This document shows, piece by piece, positions 13,203 through 24,993 of a stretch of DNA of 64,000 nt; the first letter of the stretch is position 1; each line of letters opens with the position of its first letter. Position numbers and translations under genes: made by a program. This stretch comes from Spironucleus salmonicida (lineage: Eukaryota), in contig NC_090596.1 of the NCBI RefSeq assembly GCF_000497125.1, positions 930,001 through 994,000 on the forward strand, in the 5' to 3' direction. The notes below the pieces were generated by a model that was not told where the DNA came from, did not search any database, and saw only the letters and a program-made list of their open reading frames with translations.

Positions 13203-14474
13203 TCATCCATTCATTTTTTTATTTAAAATGTATTAACTCCATTGCTCTTTAGTTAAATATTTTTTCAATTCGTCATCCTCTAATATTGACCCCTATCCTG
13301 TATATCCTGGTGCATGGTGCAATGCGGTATCACATTTCTTCTCAAAAATACTTATAAGTTATTATTTATCGTCTTTTCTGTATTAACCTTAATCATAGGA
13401 TCTCTTTAATTCTTTACTTCCTAAAACTTAATAAGCTTCTCCAATTTAGGAAAATATCTCTGTACTTGAATTTTTATTATAATCAGGATGAAATTATTTT
13501 GATAACTTAAAATATTATTTCTTTAATTCTGCCTATGTAAAATTTTTAGAAACATTTAAAATACCATAAAAATCTGGAATTAAAGTATTTAATTGTTTTT
13601 ACAATATAATGCCAAGATTTTCATTAGCTTATTCTATAGAAGCAGAAATATTTATGCTTAAATGTTAAGTAAATTTTATTATATTTAATTATTTTCTTAT
13701 TTCTTCGATTTCTTAACCATTTTAGACTATTTAAGGGCAATAAAGCTGAATTCTAAGTTAAATAAATTTTATAACCGAATTAGTATTAAAATCAGCGATG
13801 CAGAGGTTTGGTTTTTTAATGTTCTAAATATATTATCTCAATACTTCAATGAAAGCATTTATTCTATTCATATTTTCTTATAAGTTGATTTCTGGGAATT
13901 CGAGATTTTATAGATCTATTGTTTGCAATATCTCGCTTATTTCTCTAATTTTTGATAATTTAGGTTTTTTCTATCCCAAAAAGTCAACAATAGGTCCAAA
14001 TACTTGGTCTTTACTCGAAAAATTTAAACTATAGTATGTTTATAGTAGATCAAGTTCATGTGAATCTCGACCTAATTTTGCTGCAGTGAAATTATTTTAC
14101 TATATGGCCAGTAAATATATCTTATCTTTCAGTTGCATGCTACTACAGTTCTCTAGCAACTATACCAATGCAGTTAAATTATTACTTTAAAATATAGCAT
14201 GATTTTTTCTTATACGTTCAGTATTGGTTTTTGAGAATGCATTTTCATAATTAGTGGTACAATCAATTTAACAGTTCTACAAACATAAATTTTAGAGGAG
14301 AATGATTGACTTAAACTTAAAAGGCGTAGAAAATAAACTATATGCTATATCCGCAGCTTCTCGTGATTGCGAGCTGTTAGCAAGCTCTATAGCCTTCTAG
14401 TATCGCTATTCTGCAGAGTCTGTTAACGTCTATGTATCAACAATCACAGATGCCTAAAACAAGTAAACTAACAT
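13203..14474 (-). CDS. DnaJ-domain protein with C-terminal J domain (DNAJC3/P58IPK-like layout, 423 aa)
   Basis: [34 protein letters not shown]...IGEAYQVLG...KRSYD with HPD motif; short hydrophobic N-terminus. Confidence 0.85.
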
Positions 14475-14526
14475 TATCTTATTAGTTTTTTTATTATATA
14501 ATAATAGTATATATAATAATTTGAAA

Positions 14527-14673
14527 ATGCAATATGACGCTATCAGAGAAACCTGCTATTTAACACCAATTTGGCACAGTATTCCTACCTATTCGTCCTC
14601 CCCGAATATGAACACTGAGCGCCGCCCACCGATTGAAATTTATACAAAACCGCAAGGCGCTAAGGCTTCCTGA
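14527..14673 (+). CDS. Possible 48-aa hypothetical protein
   Basis: ATG divergent from the DnaJ start across a 52-bp AT spacer; no recognisable motif. Confidence 0.25.
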   Translation: MQYDAIRETCYLTPIWHSIPTYSSSPNMNTERRPPIEIYTKPQGAKAS

Positions 14674-14794
14674 TGCCTCCGATCAGTTGCCCAATTTTTT
14701 TGCAGTTTTCTACAAAATTCCATTTTTAATTCAATTTTCCATTCCTTTTCGAAGGTCTACAACTTTTAAAATTCTTTCTCTACAAGCTCCAAAA

Positions 14795-15130
14795 ATGAAC
14801 ATAAAGCTCATAAACGAGATTCAGAAGCAGCTTAACGGGTACTACAGGGCTTCAGGGTTTGTGAATTGCCAAAACGAGTAACTCAGCCAATACAAGAAAC
14901 TTCTTTATATATTATAGAAATAATATAATAATATAAGATAAATATTGATAAATTCTACGGTGAAAAGCTTGAAATTGGAAGGAAAAAAACTGAGTTTTAA
15001 GCAGCGTATTGAACTAGAAATGAGCCATAAAATGCTCGAATTTTGCGCTAAATTGCAGGACCAAAATTTGGAGGAACTCGAGCAGCTCAAAAAGGAGATG
15101 GGAGCAATTTACGTCTAGGAGGTAATGTGA
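14795..15130 (+). CDS. Hypothetical protein (111 aa)
   Basis: MNIKLINEIQKQL... open to TGA at 15128-15130; helical, charged composition. Confidence 0.5.
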
Positions 15131-15323
15131 GTATTGCTGTTTTAAGATATAAAATAAATGAGTTATATTTGGAAAATAGTAGTCTTGTGTTTTGAGTATA
15201 ATATATATATATTCATATAATAATACAAAAATAAAAGCTGTAAAAAGTTAGAAGGGAAATGTAAAGTTATATTATTAAATACTTATATTCTTTTTGCACA
15301 CTAATTTTAGAATACCATTCAAA

Positions 15324-15824
15324 ATGGACGTGTGGTGGATAATCGATACCATTGTATGTGTTCTTTATATGGTTTCCGCAATTTGGGGTGATGCTTAGCA
15401 TGATTTCAAAGGTGATGATGATATGAGCGAGGTCTTCTAGACAATATTGATAATTCTACTTTCCCTGTTCATTATTCTAACCCCACCAATATCCGCATTG
15501 TAACCTTATTTCGGCTTTCTTACTGGAAAGGGTGCTCCAATATTAATTATCATAATTGCATGCTTCTTCTTACCAAATTTCAGTTATAGTAAATTTTGCA
15601 GAGATGGTGGATTCAGCTGCTTTACTTATATTGTAGGTATTATTGGAGTTGTAGTTGGTCTTCTTTAGCTGTTTTTGGGAGGTAGTTCTGGCGGTAGTAT
15701 AGGTGGAGGAAGTGGTTAGTAATCAAAGCCATAAAAGAAAGAAGCAAACCGGTAGACTTAAAGCAAAGATTCTAAAAAACTTCCACCTATTAATTAGGGT
15801 AGTAGGGTTCTGAAGACTGTGTGA
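15324..15824 (+). CDS. Four-TM membrane protein (166 aa; COPI-associated/TVP15-like layout)
   Basis: MDVWWIIDTIVCVLYMVSAIWG..., YFGFLTGKG, four hydrophobic segments and a Gly/Ser then basic tail. Family guess is inference. Confidence 0.65.
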
Positions 15825-16173
15825 TTCATAGTTCTATTTTAATGTTTAATATTTTTTCGAATAATTTGTTAAGATAATTTCATGAAGCCTGTGATATTAA
15901 TTTTCATAGTAGGCTTAATAATTTAATTTTAAACTAATTGGTAATAAGTAATATCTAGCAGTGAAAATACAGTCAATATTACTTATCAACATTTGAAATT
16001 AACATTATTGTAGAAGTATCTAATGTTTATTAAAATATCTTGGTATACTTTACTGGTTTGAGAATCTTAATTGTATAGAATGATTAAAAAAGGCAATATT
16101 TTCAAATAACTATTACTAGTCTAGAGCAAAGAAAATATCTACTCGAAAAGTATTAGGATTATAACATGATTGA

Positions 16174-16428
16174 TCACTCCCATATCGTTTCTGAAATAAT
16201 TTAATCACAAATTTCACCTAAATCTCTGATTTTACTAGTCACTGAATCAATTTATTTAACTAACAGATCGCTTTTTTCTACAACAAATCTTTCATCAAAT
16301 TTTGGCATTTCACCTGTATCCTGATGTTCATTTACTGATAAATCAGGTATTAAAGGAATTATATTTTATACAGAATCTTGCATAAGCTGTAGCTAGGAAT
16401 TTCGTAGTATTTATAGCGATTCTTACAT
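16174..16428 (-). CDS. Hypothetical protein (84 aa)
   Basis: MQESLQILRNSQLQLMQDSV...IISETIWE, ends GAG-TGA. Confidence 0.55.
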
Positions 16429-16778
16429 TATTGCAATAATTTATTTTATACTATATATTAATCAGTTTAACAGTTTATACTAAATCTTAATATTATATGA
16501 AAATTATATTATTCTATATACGATAATCAAAAATCGAATAATTTTATAGTATTATATAAAATAATGGTCCTAAGTAGCATTATAAATTTCTTCAAAAAAA
16601 TTAAGCAACGTATTACTTTTAAAACATTAGAAGCATATGAAGTAGTTATAAAATATATAGACACTTTGCCATCATTTTATCATAAGTAGAGACAAATAAA
16701 AACTATCAAAATCAACTCAATTATATTTTCTATCAAGAAGTTAAACTAGAATAACATAAAAAGGAGTAATCTAAACTA

Positions 16779-17021
16779 TCACTCGTCAAACAAGACTGAA
16801 TCCACAATGGTATCAATATGTTAAAGTCTTTGTACCACAATCTCTGAAAAGCGATCAGACATACAATCTCCATCTAATGCTACACCAGATTTTTATTTTA
16901 TTAATATAGTACCAGAATAGTTAACTTGATGTATATTTATTGGATCAGTAGGATAGCTGAGGCTAGTGTTAATGCTAACGTCTCCATGGTTGTATTAAGT
17001 ATTTGTTTGGCAAGCGCCCAT
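16779..17021 (-). CDS. Small protein with Met-Gly-x-Cys N-terminus (80 aa), putatively acylated
   Basis: MGACQTNTQY...DTIVDSVLFDE, ends GAG-TGA; AT-rich upstream region. Confidence 0.6.
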
Positions 17022-17572
17022 TTATAAATTGGACCAATGTAAATTATGAAGGAATACAAAATTATGTAGAGATAAATATTCTAAAAAATAAAATTTAATA
17101 TGAGTATAAGTGTATGTATTGTATATATTTAAAAATTAAAAAGATATAAAAAGATATATTTATGAATATACACCAAAAGTTATCTTTAACACCAATATAT
17201 TATTAATATTATAATTATATTTACAATACATAATATTTCTATCTCCTAAAAATTAAGATAAAGTTAGATAAATTTTAATTCGTGTACTTGCATCTACAAC
17301 TATTTATAAGCAGTAAATAAACATAATGGTGTGAAACTCTAATTGGATTATACTAATTTATTTTTAATATAAAATTATAATTGCATAAAAATTTGATCTA
17401 GTTATAGTGATTATATAAATTTTAAGTTATATTTAATAATAAACAACGTATAATGATAAATTGTCTTAATTGGGGTGAATTAAAATTGAAAACTAGGAAT
17501 TCTCATTTTATATTATTACTAGATTATTATACTATAAATATAATGTTACATTCATTCCACAAATTTCTATAA

Positions 17573-18220
17573 ATGCAATTTGAACTTTCAAACTTTAATT
17601 AAATGTTAGAGTAGTTTAATATCTAAACAGATGCATATTGCGCTACTCTTTAACAAAATTTATAAAGTTTACTCCGTTCTAATAGTGTATTTAATGAAGC
17701 ATTTACTGATAAAATGGTAGAACTTGAACTTCTTAACTCTTAGAAATAGGAAGCTCATGACTAGTTATAAACTCTGGTATTATCACGAAAAGAAAAAGAG
17801 TCGGCATTATCCCAAGAAATTATTGATTTCGGATAAAAAATTAATATTTTAAAAACATAAATAGTATAAATTAAAAGCGAAATTGATACTAAAAGAGTTG
17901 CGTTACGATAAAATCAAGCAAAAGTATCTGCACCATAAAACTTGTCGAAAGAGTTACTGCAGCGATATAAAATGTATAAGACTATGTTGAAAATGGATAT
18001 TGAAATGATTGATGACTGTTTCAAAATTACTTTTTATGGAATTGGAAAGGCCTAAAAGTTTGCTGAATTTCATGTTGGTGATACATTAGAGCTTAAAGCA
18101 ATAAGTGACTCTCTAGTTGGATTAGATGATTTTTTGGATGAATTTGATTTGACTGGAAACTTAGGATTACTTATTAGACGAATCCGAAGAGGATTCGTAT
18201 AATAAGAAAAAGGGAAGTGA
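17573..18220 (+). CDS. SPC25: Kinetochore protein Spc25-like (215 aa)
   Basis: N-terminal coiled coil, then YKTMLKMDIEMIDDCFKITFYGI...LDDFLDEFDLTGNLGLLIRRIRRGF resembling the Spc25 globular domain. Ends AAG-TGA. Alternative in-frame starts at 17543 and 17603. Confidence 0.65.
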
Positions 18221-19253
18221 AATATTGATATATCCACAAAGTCATCCTTATATTTTAATCATGAGTTTGTCTGTCTATTTTTAGTACTTCCTTTGATAAT
18301 TTTTGTTTTAAATCATAGGCGTTAATTATTTAAAATTATTTTACTCGCCATCATAACCCAATACTAATCTTATATAATAAACAATAAACGAATGTCTACT
18401 AAAATCATTAAAGTCATTATATACCAAAGTATAAATAAATTTATGCAATATTGACATTATTATTATATATTTTTTGCTCAAAATCATGCAGTTACTTAAT
18501 TCATATAAGGAATGATTGAAAATAATATAACTTCTTGGCGACGTAAAAACATTATATCTAACTTTTACTATCTATTATTATTTAATCAATATTATTACTT
18601 TATCAGTAATTAATCATAGTTATTCTTTATCTAGAAAGAATCTGATATTGATTATAAGTTTAGCATAATTAATCGATATAAGTAATTTACTCAAAGAACT
18701 TAGTACATATTTGTATAGAAGTTACGACTGATATATTAAATTTATTCAAAACTATAAATAAGACTTAAGTGTAGTTTAATTCAACGTATTGAATTCATGT
18801 CAATTTAATCATAATATCATTTAATTAAGTTTACTTATTTATATTTGAGAATATTATATAATCTTATACTAGGTGAATAAACTAGCCTGATTGCATCAAA
18901 AAATATCCGAAATTAACAATAGTAAGGCAACCAGAAAATGCACCTTTCAAGAATTACAAATGCATTTCTATCTTTTTAATTTATATATGCTAAAATTTGA
19001 TAATATTTACATAGTATACTATTTTTTAATTAAGATTTCAAAGATTATTTTGATCTATTAAAGCATAATAATTTTATAATTATTAGTGATTATATTTTTA
19101 TAATTAGTAGTATTATATCATAATCATGAATAAAATTATAATATAATAAACATAAAATAATTATTCTTTTATAATCATATTTATATGTTTTTCATAAAGA
19201 TATAAATAAGCCATACTAATATATAATAATAATATAACATTACCATCCCGAAA

Positions 19254-21830
19254 ATGCCACTCTATTTAACGCTGTCTCCAGGGGCACAGTTCATACCCAA
19301 ATATCTATTAGAGCGCCTGCAGCTGGTACTACTGGAATAGTCCACAGTTTCAGACTGTCAGAATGCTGTTGTTTTAGGCGCGTCCCAAACGGAACAAGCA
19401 GCTCGTGGCCTCAACGGACCCATTTTGTTCGTGAAGCTACCAAAATCTGAGGCCCTCCTACGTCTCCGAGTATAGTTTGGTGCGGATGCGGATACGAAGC
19501 TGTAGGCATTCGAGGCAGAAAACCTAGAATAAATTGCGGACTTCATAGCTTTCGAGAACCAAGAAGCATGCCTAGAGGAGATACTAACAGAGTACGCGGC
19601 CAGTTTACCGCGTGATCATTTTGTAGCTGATACAACGGATGACCTTAATCAAATTGTTTCAGGCTCTGTGGGCGAAGAAAATACCAATAAAGCTGATATT
19701 GTAACTGCTGATCTAAAAAATGATACAACTGACTAAAAACTCACTAACTCTGATATAGCATTAAGCTAAGTTTCCAATACCTCGGAACACCAAATTCTAC
19801 CAACGCTCCTTGCACAGCTCGAGATCCAAAATGGGCTGCTCAACTCACGCCTCTCAGATTCAGACGTCTCGCGCGAGAATACGCGGCTGCGAGATCTCAC
19901 GCACTCGCTTTTGGCGCAGCTTTCAGAGCGAAAATCGCAGTCACGCGTCGAAAACTCTACTTTTAACTTTGAAAACGAAACGAAAAGCTCAAACCAACTG
20001 ATATAACAACTGATATAACCTCAAAATCAGCCAAATCCACAACTGACACATCACCTAACCCGCCCCTAACTCTCTAATTTCTCCCTCCTCCAACACTCCG
20101 AAACTGTGCAATACGCGAACATCCAAAACCCGATTTCCAGATAGTTCCTCTGCGCGATCTGCCTGGACCCGCTGCTGCAGCCGCTGACGCTGAACTGCGG
20201 CCATTCCTTCTGCGCAAAATGCGCGCTTTTGAGCGAGCGCTTCTGCGGCAAATCGTGCCCGCAGTGCACGTCCCCGTACGCAGAATTACCGTTTCTGGAC
20301 ATTTACCTGCAGCAAAACGTGAATTCCCAAATGAATTTCGACTTTTCGCTCCACAAAAACGATTTCGCGCGCCAGCTTTCTGGCGAGTTCTGCAGGGTCC
20401 TGGACGTGCAAAGGAAGCCCTACGACGTCGTAACGCGTTCTTTGAGCCTGCGCGCGACAGAAAAAACCGAAATCGCGCGCGTTCAGTGCGCTACCGGCGA
20501 GGCGCGCACGGAGCTCTTCAATTTGGTCAAATTCTCACCGATTTACAGCCGAATTTCGACCAGAATCGACGTCGGCGACTACGTCGTGAAGGCTGTTAAA
20601 ACGGTCAAAAACGCGTACGCAGCCGACGCGTACACGCCGTTTATCGATAAATTTCAGGCCGTGCCGCTGCTCGCGTTCGCGCAGACGCAGGCGGAGATCT
20701 TCCAGTTTCTGGGCTTCTCGGATTCCGTTTTCAGGCTCGCGGATTATCGCGAAAGGGCGTTCGAAATCGATAATTTGGACGAATACTTCAAATTAGGAGT
20801 GGAAAATCAAAATTCAACTGATATAACGCATTAAAACTGCGCAGGGTGCCAGAAACCCTCAAATCTCGCCGTTACGGGCTCCTGCGGCTGCACTTTCTGC
20901 TATTTCTGCGCTGCGAAGCTCGTCCGAAACGGCGTTCCGTGCCAGTTCTGCGGCGTCGCGGTGCGGCTCGAATCGCAGTTTTTCACGTCCCTGAAAGGCA
21001 GCTTTTTGGAGTGCGATTTTCCGGTTTTCTGCGACGGAAAAATGCAGTTTTTGATCGCGAAATTCGGCGAAATTTGCGTCCTCCAGACCGCTTCCGGCGC
21101 GCGCGCCCTCAAGAATCTGCAGGAAATCACGGAAATCGACTTTTCGCAACTCGTCCCGGCGCTGCGGCCGCAAAACGGCGATTTGGCCGTCCAGATCGGA
21201 AAAACGTACAACTCGCTGGCAATTTGCGATAAAAACACAATTTCAGGCCTTTTTAGGAGCGGAATTTTATATTCTAAATAATATATAATAACTAATATAA
21301 AATTAACAAATTCTACAGCAATTTCTGCGAATTTTTGCGTGCAGTGCCGCGACGTGGCGAAGCGCGCCATTTTGCACGCCTGCGGCGCGCGCCTCTGCCG
21401 CACCTGCGCGATCGCCTCCTGCGCCGGCGGATTTCCGTGCTTTTCGTGCGGCGCCGGCGTCGTTTTCCGCGACGTCCAGCGGCTCGAAATCGGCGGCCTC
21501 GACTGCGGGACGGTCTGCATGAAGCGCCACAGCCGCGTGGCGAGCTTCGGGAGCGTCTGCGGCTTCGTGCGCAGCGCCCAGAAAACGACTTTTTGCGTCG
21601 TTTTCGCCTGCGGGAGCCAGAAAGTCGCGGAGCGGGAACTCGCGTTCGTGGCGGAGGGGAATCTGGAGCGGGGCGGGCGCGCGATCGTGGGCCAGCTCTG
21701 CGTGGTCGCCAGCGGCGCCCTGGAGGGCGTTTACGGCATTTTGCTCGACGGCGCGAAGCGGGACGTCCTGTTAGAAATCGGCGTCCGGCTGCGCTGCGAG
21801 GAGCTGGAGGGGGTGAGGGTTGTGAGGTGA
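19254..21830 (+). CDS. Protein with two RING-type zinc fingers (858 aa), probable E3 ligase
   Basis: CAICLDPLLQPLTLNCGHSFCAKC...CPQC (C3HC4) near 20150 and CVQC...CGARLCRTC...CFSC near 21340. Supplied ORFs 20229, 20961 and 21339 are all in this frame. Confidence 0.85.
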
Positions 21831-22089
21831 GTAAAATTTCGGGGCAGGGGTGAATTGCACTCGATTGGGGTGGTTTCGTCGGTTAAAAATTTTTAGTTCT
21901 ACTGTTAATATTGGTGTATTATCGTATAATAATGAGGTTATATTTACTTTTTAAAAACTAGATGTTTTGGTAAAACTTAATATTATATAGTAATAAAGCA
22001 ATATTTATTTTTTAAATTTACGGGTCCTGTAAATTAATGAAAAGGTATTATTATTATTATTATTTTATACCTATATTATCTTGCTGCTC

Positions 22090-22863
22090 ATGAATGCTTA
22101 ATTGAACAAATTGAAGCATGGTCACAGCTACATTCAGTCGTAGAAGTGTCCACTAAAATACTCAATTCTATCTAACAAATGTTCGCTTCTGAATACGATT
22201 AAGCAAGAGGAAATTAGTGTTTTTGCTTATTTAAAGCATGTCACAAATCGAAATAACCTTATTTTGTAGAAAAGCTTACTTGATAGCATGGATATCGATA
22301 ATTTAAAAAATTGTTTAAACTTCAACATTGACTAGATAACTCAATTAAATTATCATTTTTAAGTTAATTTTAAAGTTATTTTACTGGATTAACTCCGAAT
22401 GGCGGAGATAAACAATGAAATAGTTGAAGAACTTTATTAGGAAGCTATTTATTTAAACTAATATCTTTAGGATGTAGACTGTTATTCAAAGCAATTATCC
22501 ATTTAACAAGTAATAAAAGAATTTCGAAAACTTAAATCAATCTAAGACGCTATAAAGCTACCGTAAGAAATATCCGATAAGTTTAAAGAATAAGGCTGGC
22601 TTATATTCGATGTTAATAATAAAAAGGCACTGTACGAAGATGTTAAAGAATAAAATAGAATGTTAATGATACATTTGGAAAAACTTAAGAATAGCTATAT
22701 ACACTTATTTTAGGACAATGGATTTTATTTTAGGTACATTATGTTCATGAAATATTAAATTTATTATCCAAAATAATTTGTTTACTATACTAAAGAAGAG
22801 TAAACCCCCGATAAAATAATCAAAATAATTAATAAGTAGCTCTTGTTTTTAAAGTTCCAATGA
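22090..22863 (+). CDS. Hypothetical protein (257 aa)
   Basis: Open from ATG 22090 to TGA 22861-22863 with TAA/TAG=Gln. Confidence 0.55.
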
Positions 22864-22993
22864 TAGAATTAACATGCATGTATTATGAATTTTATTTATA
22901 CATTATATTTAGAAGAAACCATTTTAACCACAAATATTAGAGTAAATCCAACAAAGTAATACTTTGAGTTATCTTAGTTTAGTTTCTGTCGCT

Positions 22994-23077
22994 TGGGCGT
23001 TCGACATGCCGGGCGTGGTGAGCCGCAAGAAGCAGCTGATGCCGCACCTCATTAACGTGGTGGCGCAGCTCGGGTGA
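22994..23077 (+). pseudogene. Orphan 3' fragment (last 27 codons plus stop) of the pyrophosphatase gene
   Basis: WAFDMPGVVSRKKQLMPHLINVVAQLG-TGA, identical to the end of 33847-35778; the rest of the gene is absent upstream. Confidence 0.9.
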
Positions 23078-23091
23078 AGTGACGTACTTTC

Positions 23092-23844
23092 TCACACTAC
23101 CTGGTCGTAGCACTCCACGAAGCCTGACACGGCGCAGAAGATGTCCGCGACCATGTCATCCAGGTCGCACCAGCGCTGCTGCCCGTCCTGGGCGTCCTCG
23201 GAGCTGGCCCGGCCCTGCGCAGTGTTGAGGCTGTACTCGCACTCGGCCGTCTCCGTCTTGCGCTTGTTGATGTGGACTGCCAGCGTGAAGCGCAGGTGCG
23301 TGTGCGCGATGATGCGCTGGGCCGCAGAGAGCACCAGGGAGGCCCGGTCGCACAATTAGCTCTGCAGGAAGGCGAGCTGGTCGGTCGCGCTGGGGGCGCT
23401 GCGGGAGGTGATGAGCTCGCCACCGAAGACGAGGTAGGCGTTCTGGACGTAGCGCATCTCGCCCACCTCCAGCAGGATGCCGCGCACCGTGGAGCCCAGA
23501 ATGTCCATGCGGTGCCGCTGAATCAGCTCCGGTTGCGGCGTGCCCTGGTACTTCGTGAGCGCCTGGAGGATGGCCCCCGCGAGCTGTACCCCGAAAAAGC
23601 GGCTCTAGCAGGAGTGGAGCACCACCACCTGGCTGGCCTCGTTCTGGGCGAAGGACGCGGAGAAGTCCGCAAACTGGACGTGCGCCAGCGGCCCGAGCGG
23701 GCTCTGGGCGGCGTGGAACTGCGAGAAGAAGGACGTCACCAGCTTCGGCGTGAGCTACTTGTAGGAGCCCGTGATCGGGTGCAGCGTCTTCTGGAACAGC
23801 AGCTGCCGGGAGCCGACCGCGAGCTGGTAGATCTCGTAGATCAT
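23092..23844 (-). CDS. Hypothetical protein (250 aa), left-arm copy
   Basis: Mirror of 33080-33832 with a few substitutions; strong GC3 bias in this frame. Confidence 0.75.
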
Positions 23845-23902
23845 TTTTGGAGCGAGGGAATATAGTATAATACGCGGAGGGTGCGTGCAGTGAGGGCATA
23901 AA

Positions 23903-24028
23903 TCAGGTCTGTTCCTCGGCGCCATGCTCGCCGGTCTGGTACTTCGCGTCCTTGTAGGAGTGCGGGTTCGCCTCGAAGGCGGCGCAGTAGATCTCGTAGG
24001 GCCAGGCGTCGAACGACTGGGCTTCCAT
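23903..24028 (-). CDS. 41-aa micro-ORF, left-arm copy
   Basis: MEAQSFDAWPYEIYCAAFEANPHSYKDAKYQTGEHGAEEQT; nearly all third positions G/C. Confidence 0.45.
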   Translation of the reverse strand: MEAQSFDAWPYEIYCAAFEANPHSYKDAKYQTGEHGAEEQT

Positions 24029-24123
24029 TTATGGCGGTCCCACCCTCGCAGCAATTCACAAACGCACACCCGCCTTAAACATCATAATAGCGAGGTGGCC
24101 GCCCCTTCCACTCCTCAATCAAC

Positions 24124-24993
24124 ATGGACAAGATGCACGACAGCATGCCCGAGCACGTCAGAGTGGAGCGCCAGATGCTCACCGCCGAGGTCATCGTCTA
24201 CGCCAAGATATCGGCTGCCAAGGCCGGTATGGCCACCATGTCCCTGCCTCCCCAGTGCCACTACCAGCTCACCCTCGCCGAGGCCACCCCCATCAGAGGC
24301 TCAGTCCCCGCCGGCCCCGTGAAGCTCATCATCGTCGGTGAGGCCCAGCCCGCCCTCAATACCGGAATGGCCCTCTTCGGGTCCAGCCAGGATGGCCACC
24401 TCGCCTTCACCGGGATGCTCGTAAAGTCCCTGGCGGATATCCAGGGCATGGTCAGGTCGAACCCCGCCGGATGGGTCAACCAGGGCGCCCCATGGGAGGG
24501 CGACTTCTGCCACCCCGAGATCGACACCGCGGGCGCGACCGTCTGCCTCTCCACCGGGAGGCCCGCCTTCGCGTGCCCCGGCTTCACGCTTAAGGTGGAG
24601 CAGGTCATCCCCGCGGACGTGAAGGAGTTCCAGAACCCGTTCGGCGACGGCAAGTTCACGGTCTCGGTCACCAACAACGGCCCCAAGCAGATATGCAAGG
24701 CCCTCTTCGCGGACGCCAGCGGTGCCCCCCTCTTCGAGCAGTCTTTGATCGCGATTTCGGAGCAGGAGCCCCACGTCTGGAGCCAGGCGCTCCCCGCTTC
24801 GATCAAGTAGGTCGAGTTCGAGGCCGGCCAGACCATCACGGGGGAGGTGGACACCCTCAAGATCCAGAACATCAGCTGGCCCCAGGGCGGCATGAGGGTG
24901 TACTTCACCTTCGTGCTCGGCGATCTCATGAGCGCCAACTTCTTCTACTACTACTCCAGCTGCCACGACTCCATGGTGGAGGCGCGCAAGTGA
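24124..24993 (+). CDS. Unknown-function GC-rich protein (289 aa), left-arm copy
   Basis: Supplied 228-aa ORF extends through TAG to ...WPQGGMRVYFTFVLGDLMSANFFYYYSSCHDSMVEARK, ending AAG-TGA; strong GC3 bias. Confidence 0.85.

Noticed and set aside
16564-16929. 121-aa + strand ORF under table 6
   Set aside because: Overlaps the better-supported minus-strand ORF 16779-17021; long chance ORFs are expected with one stop codon.
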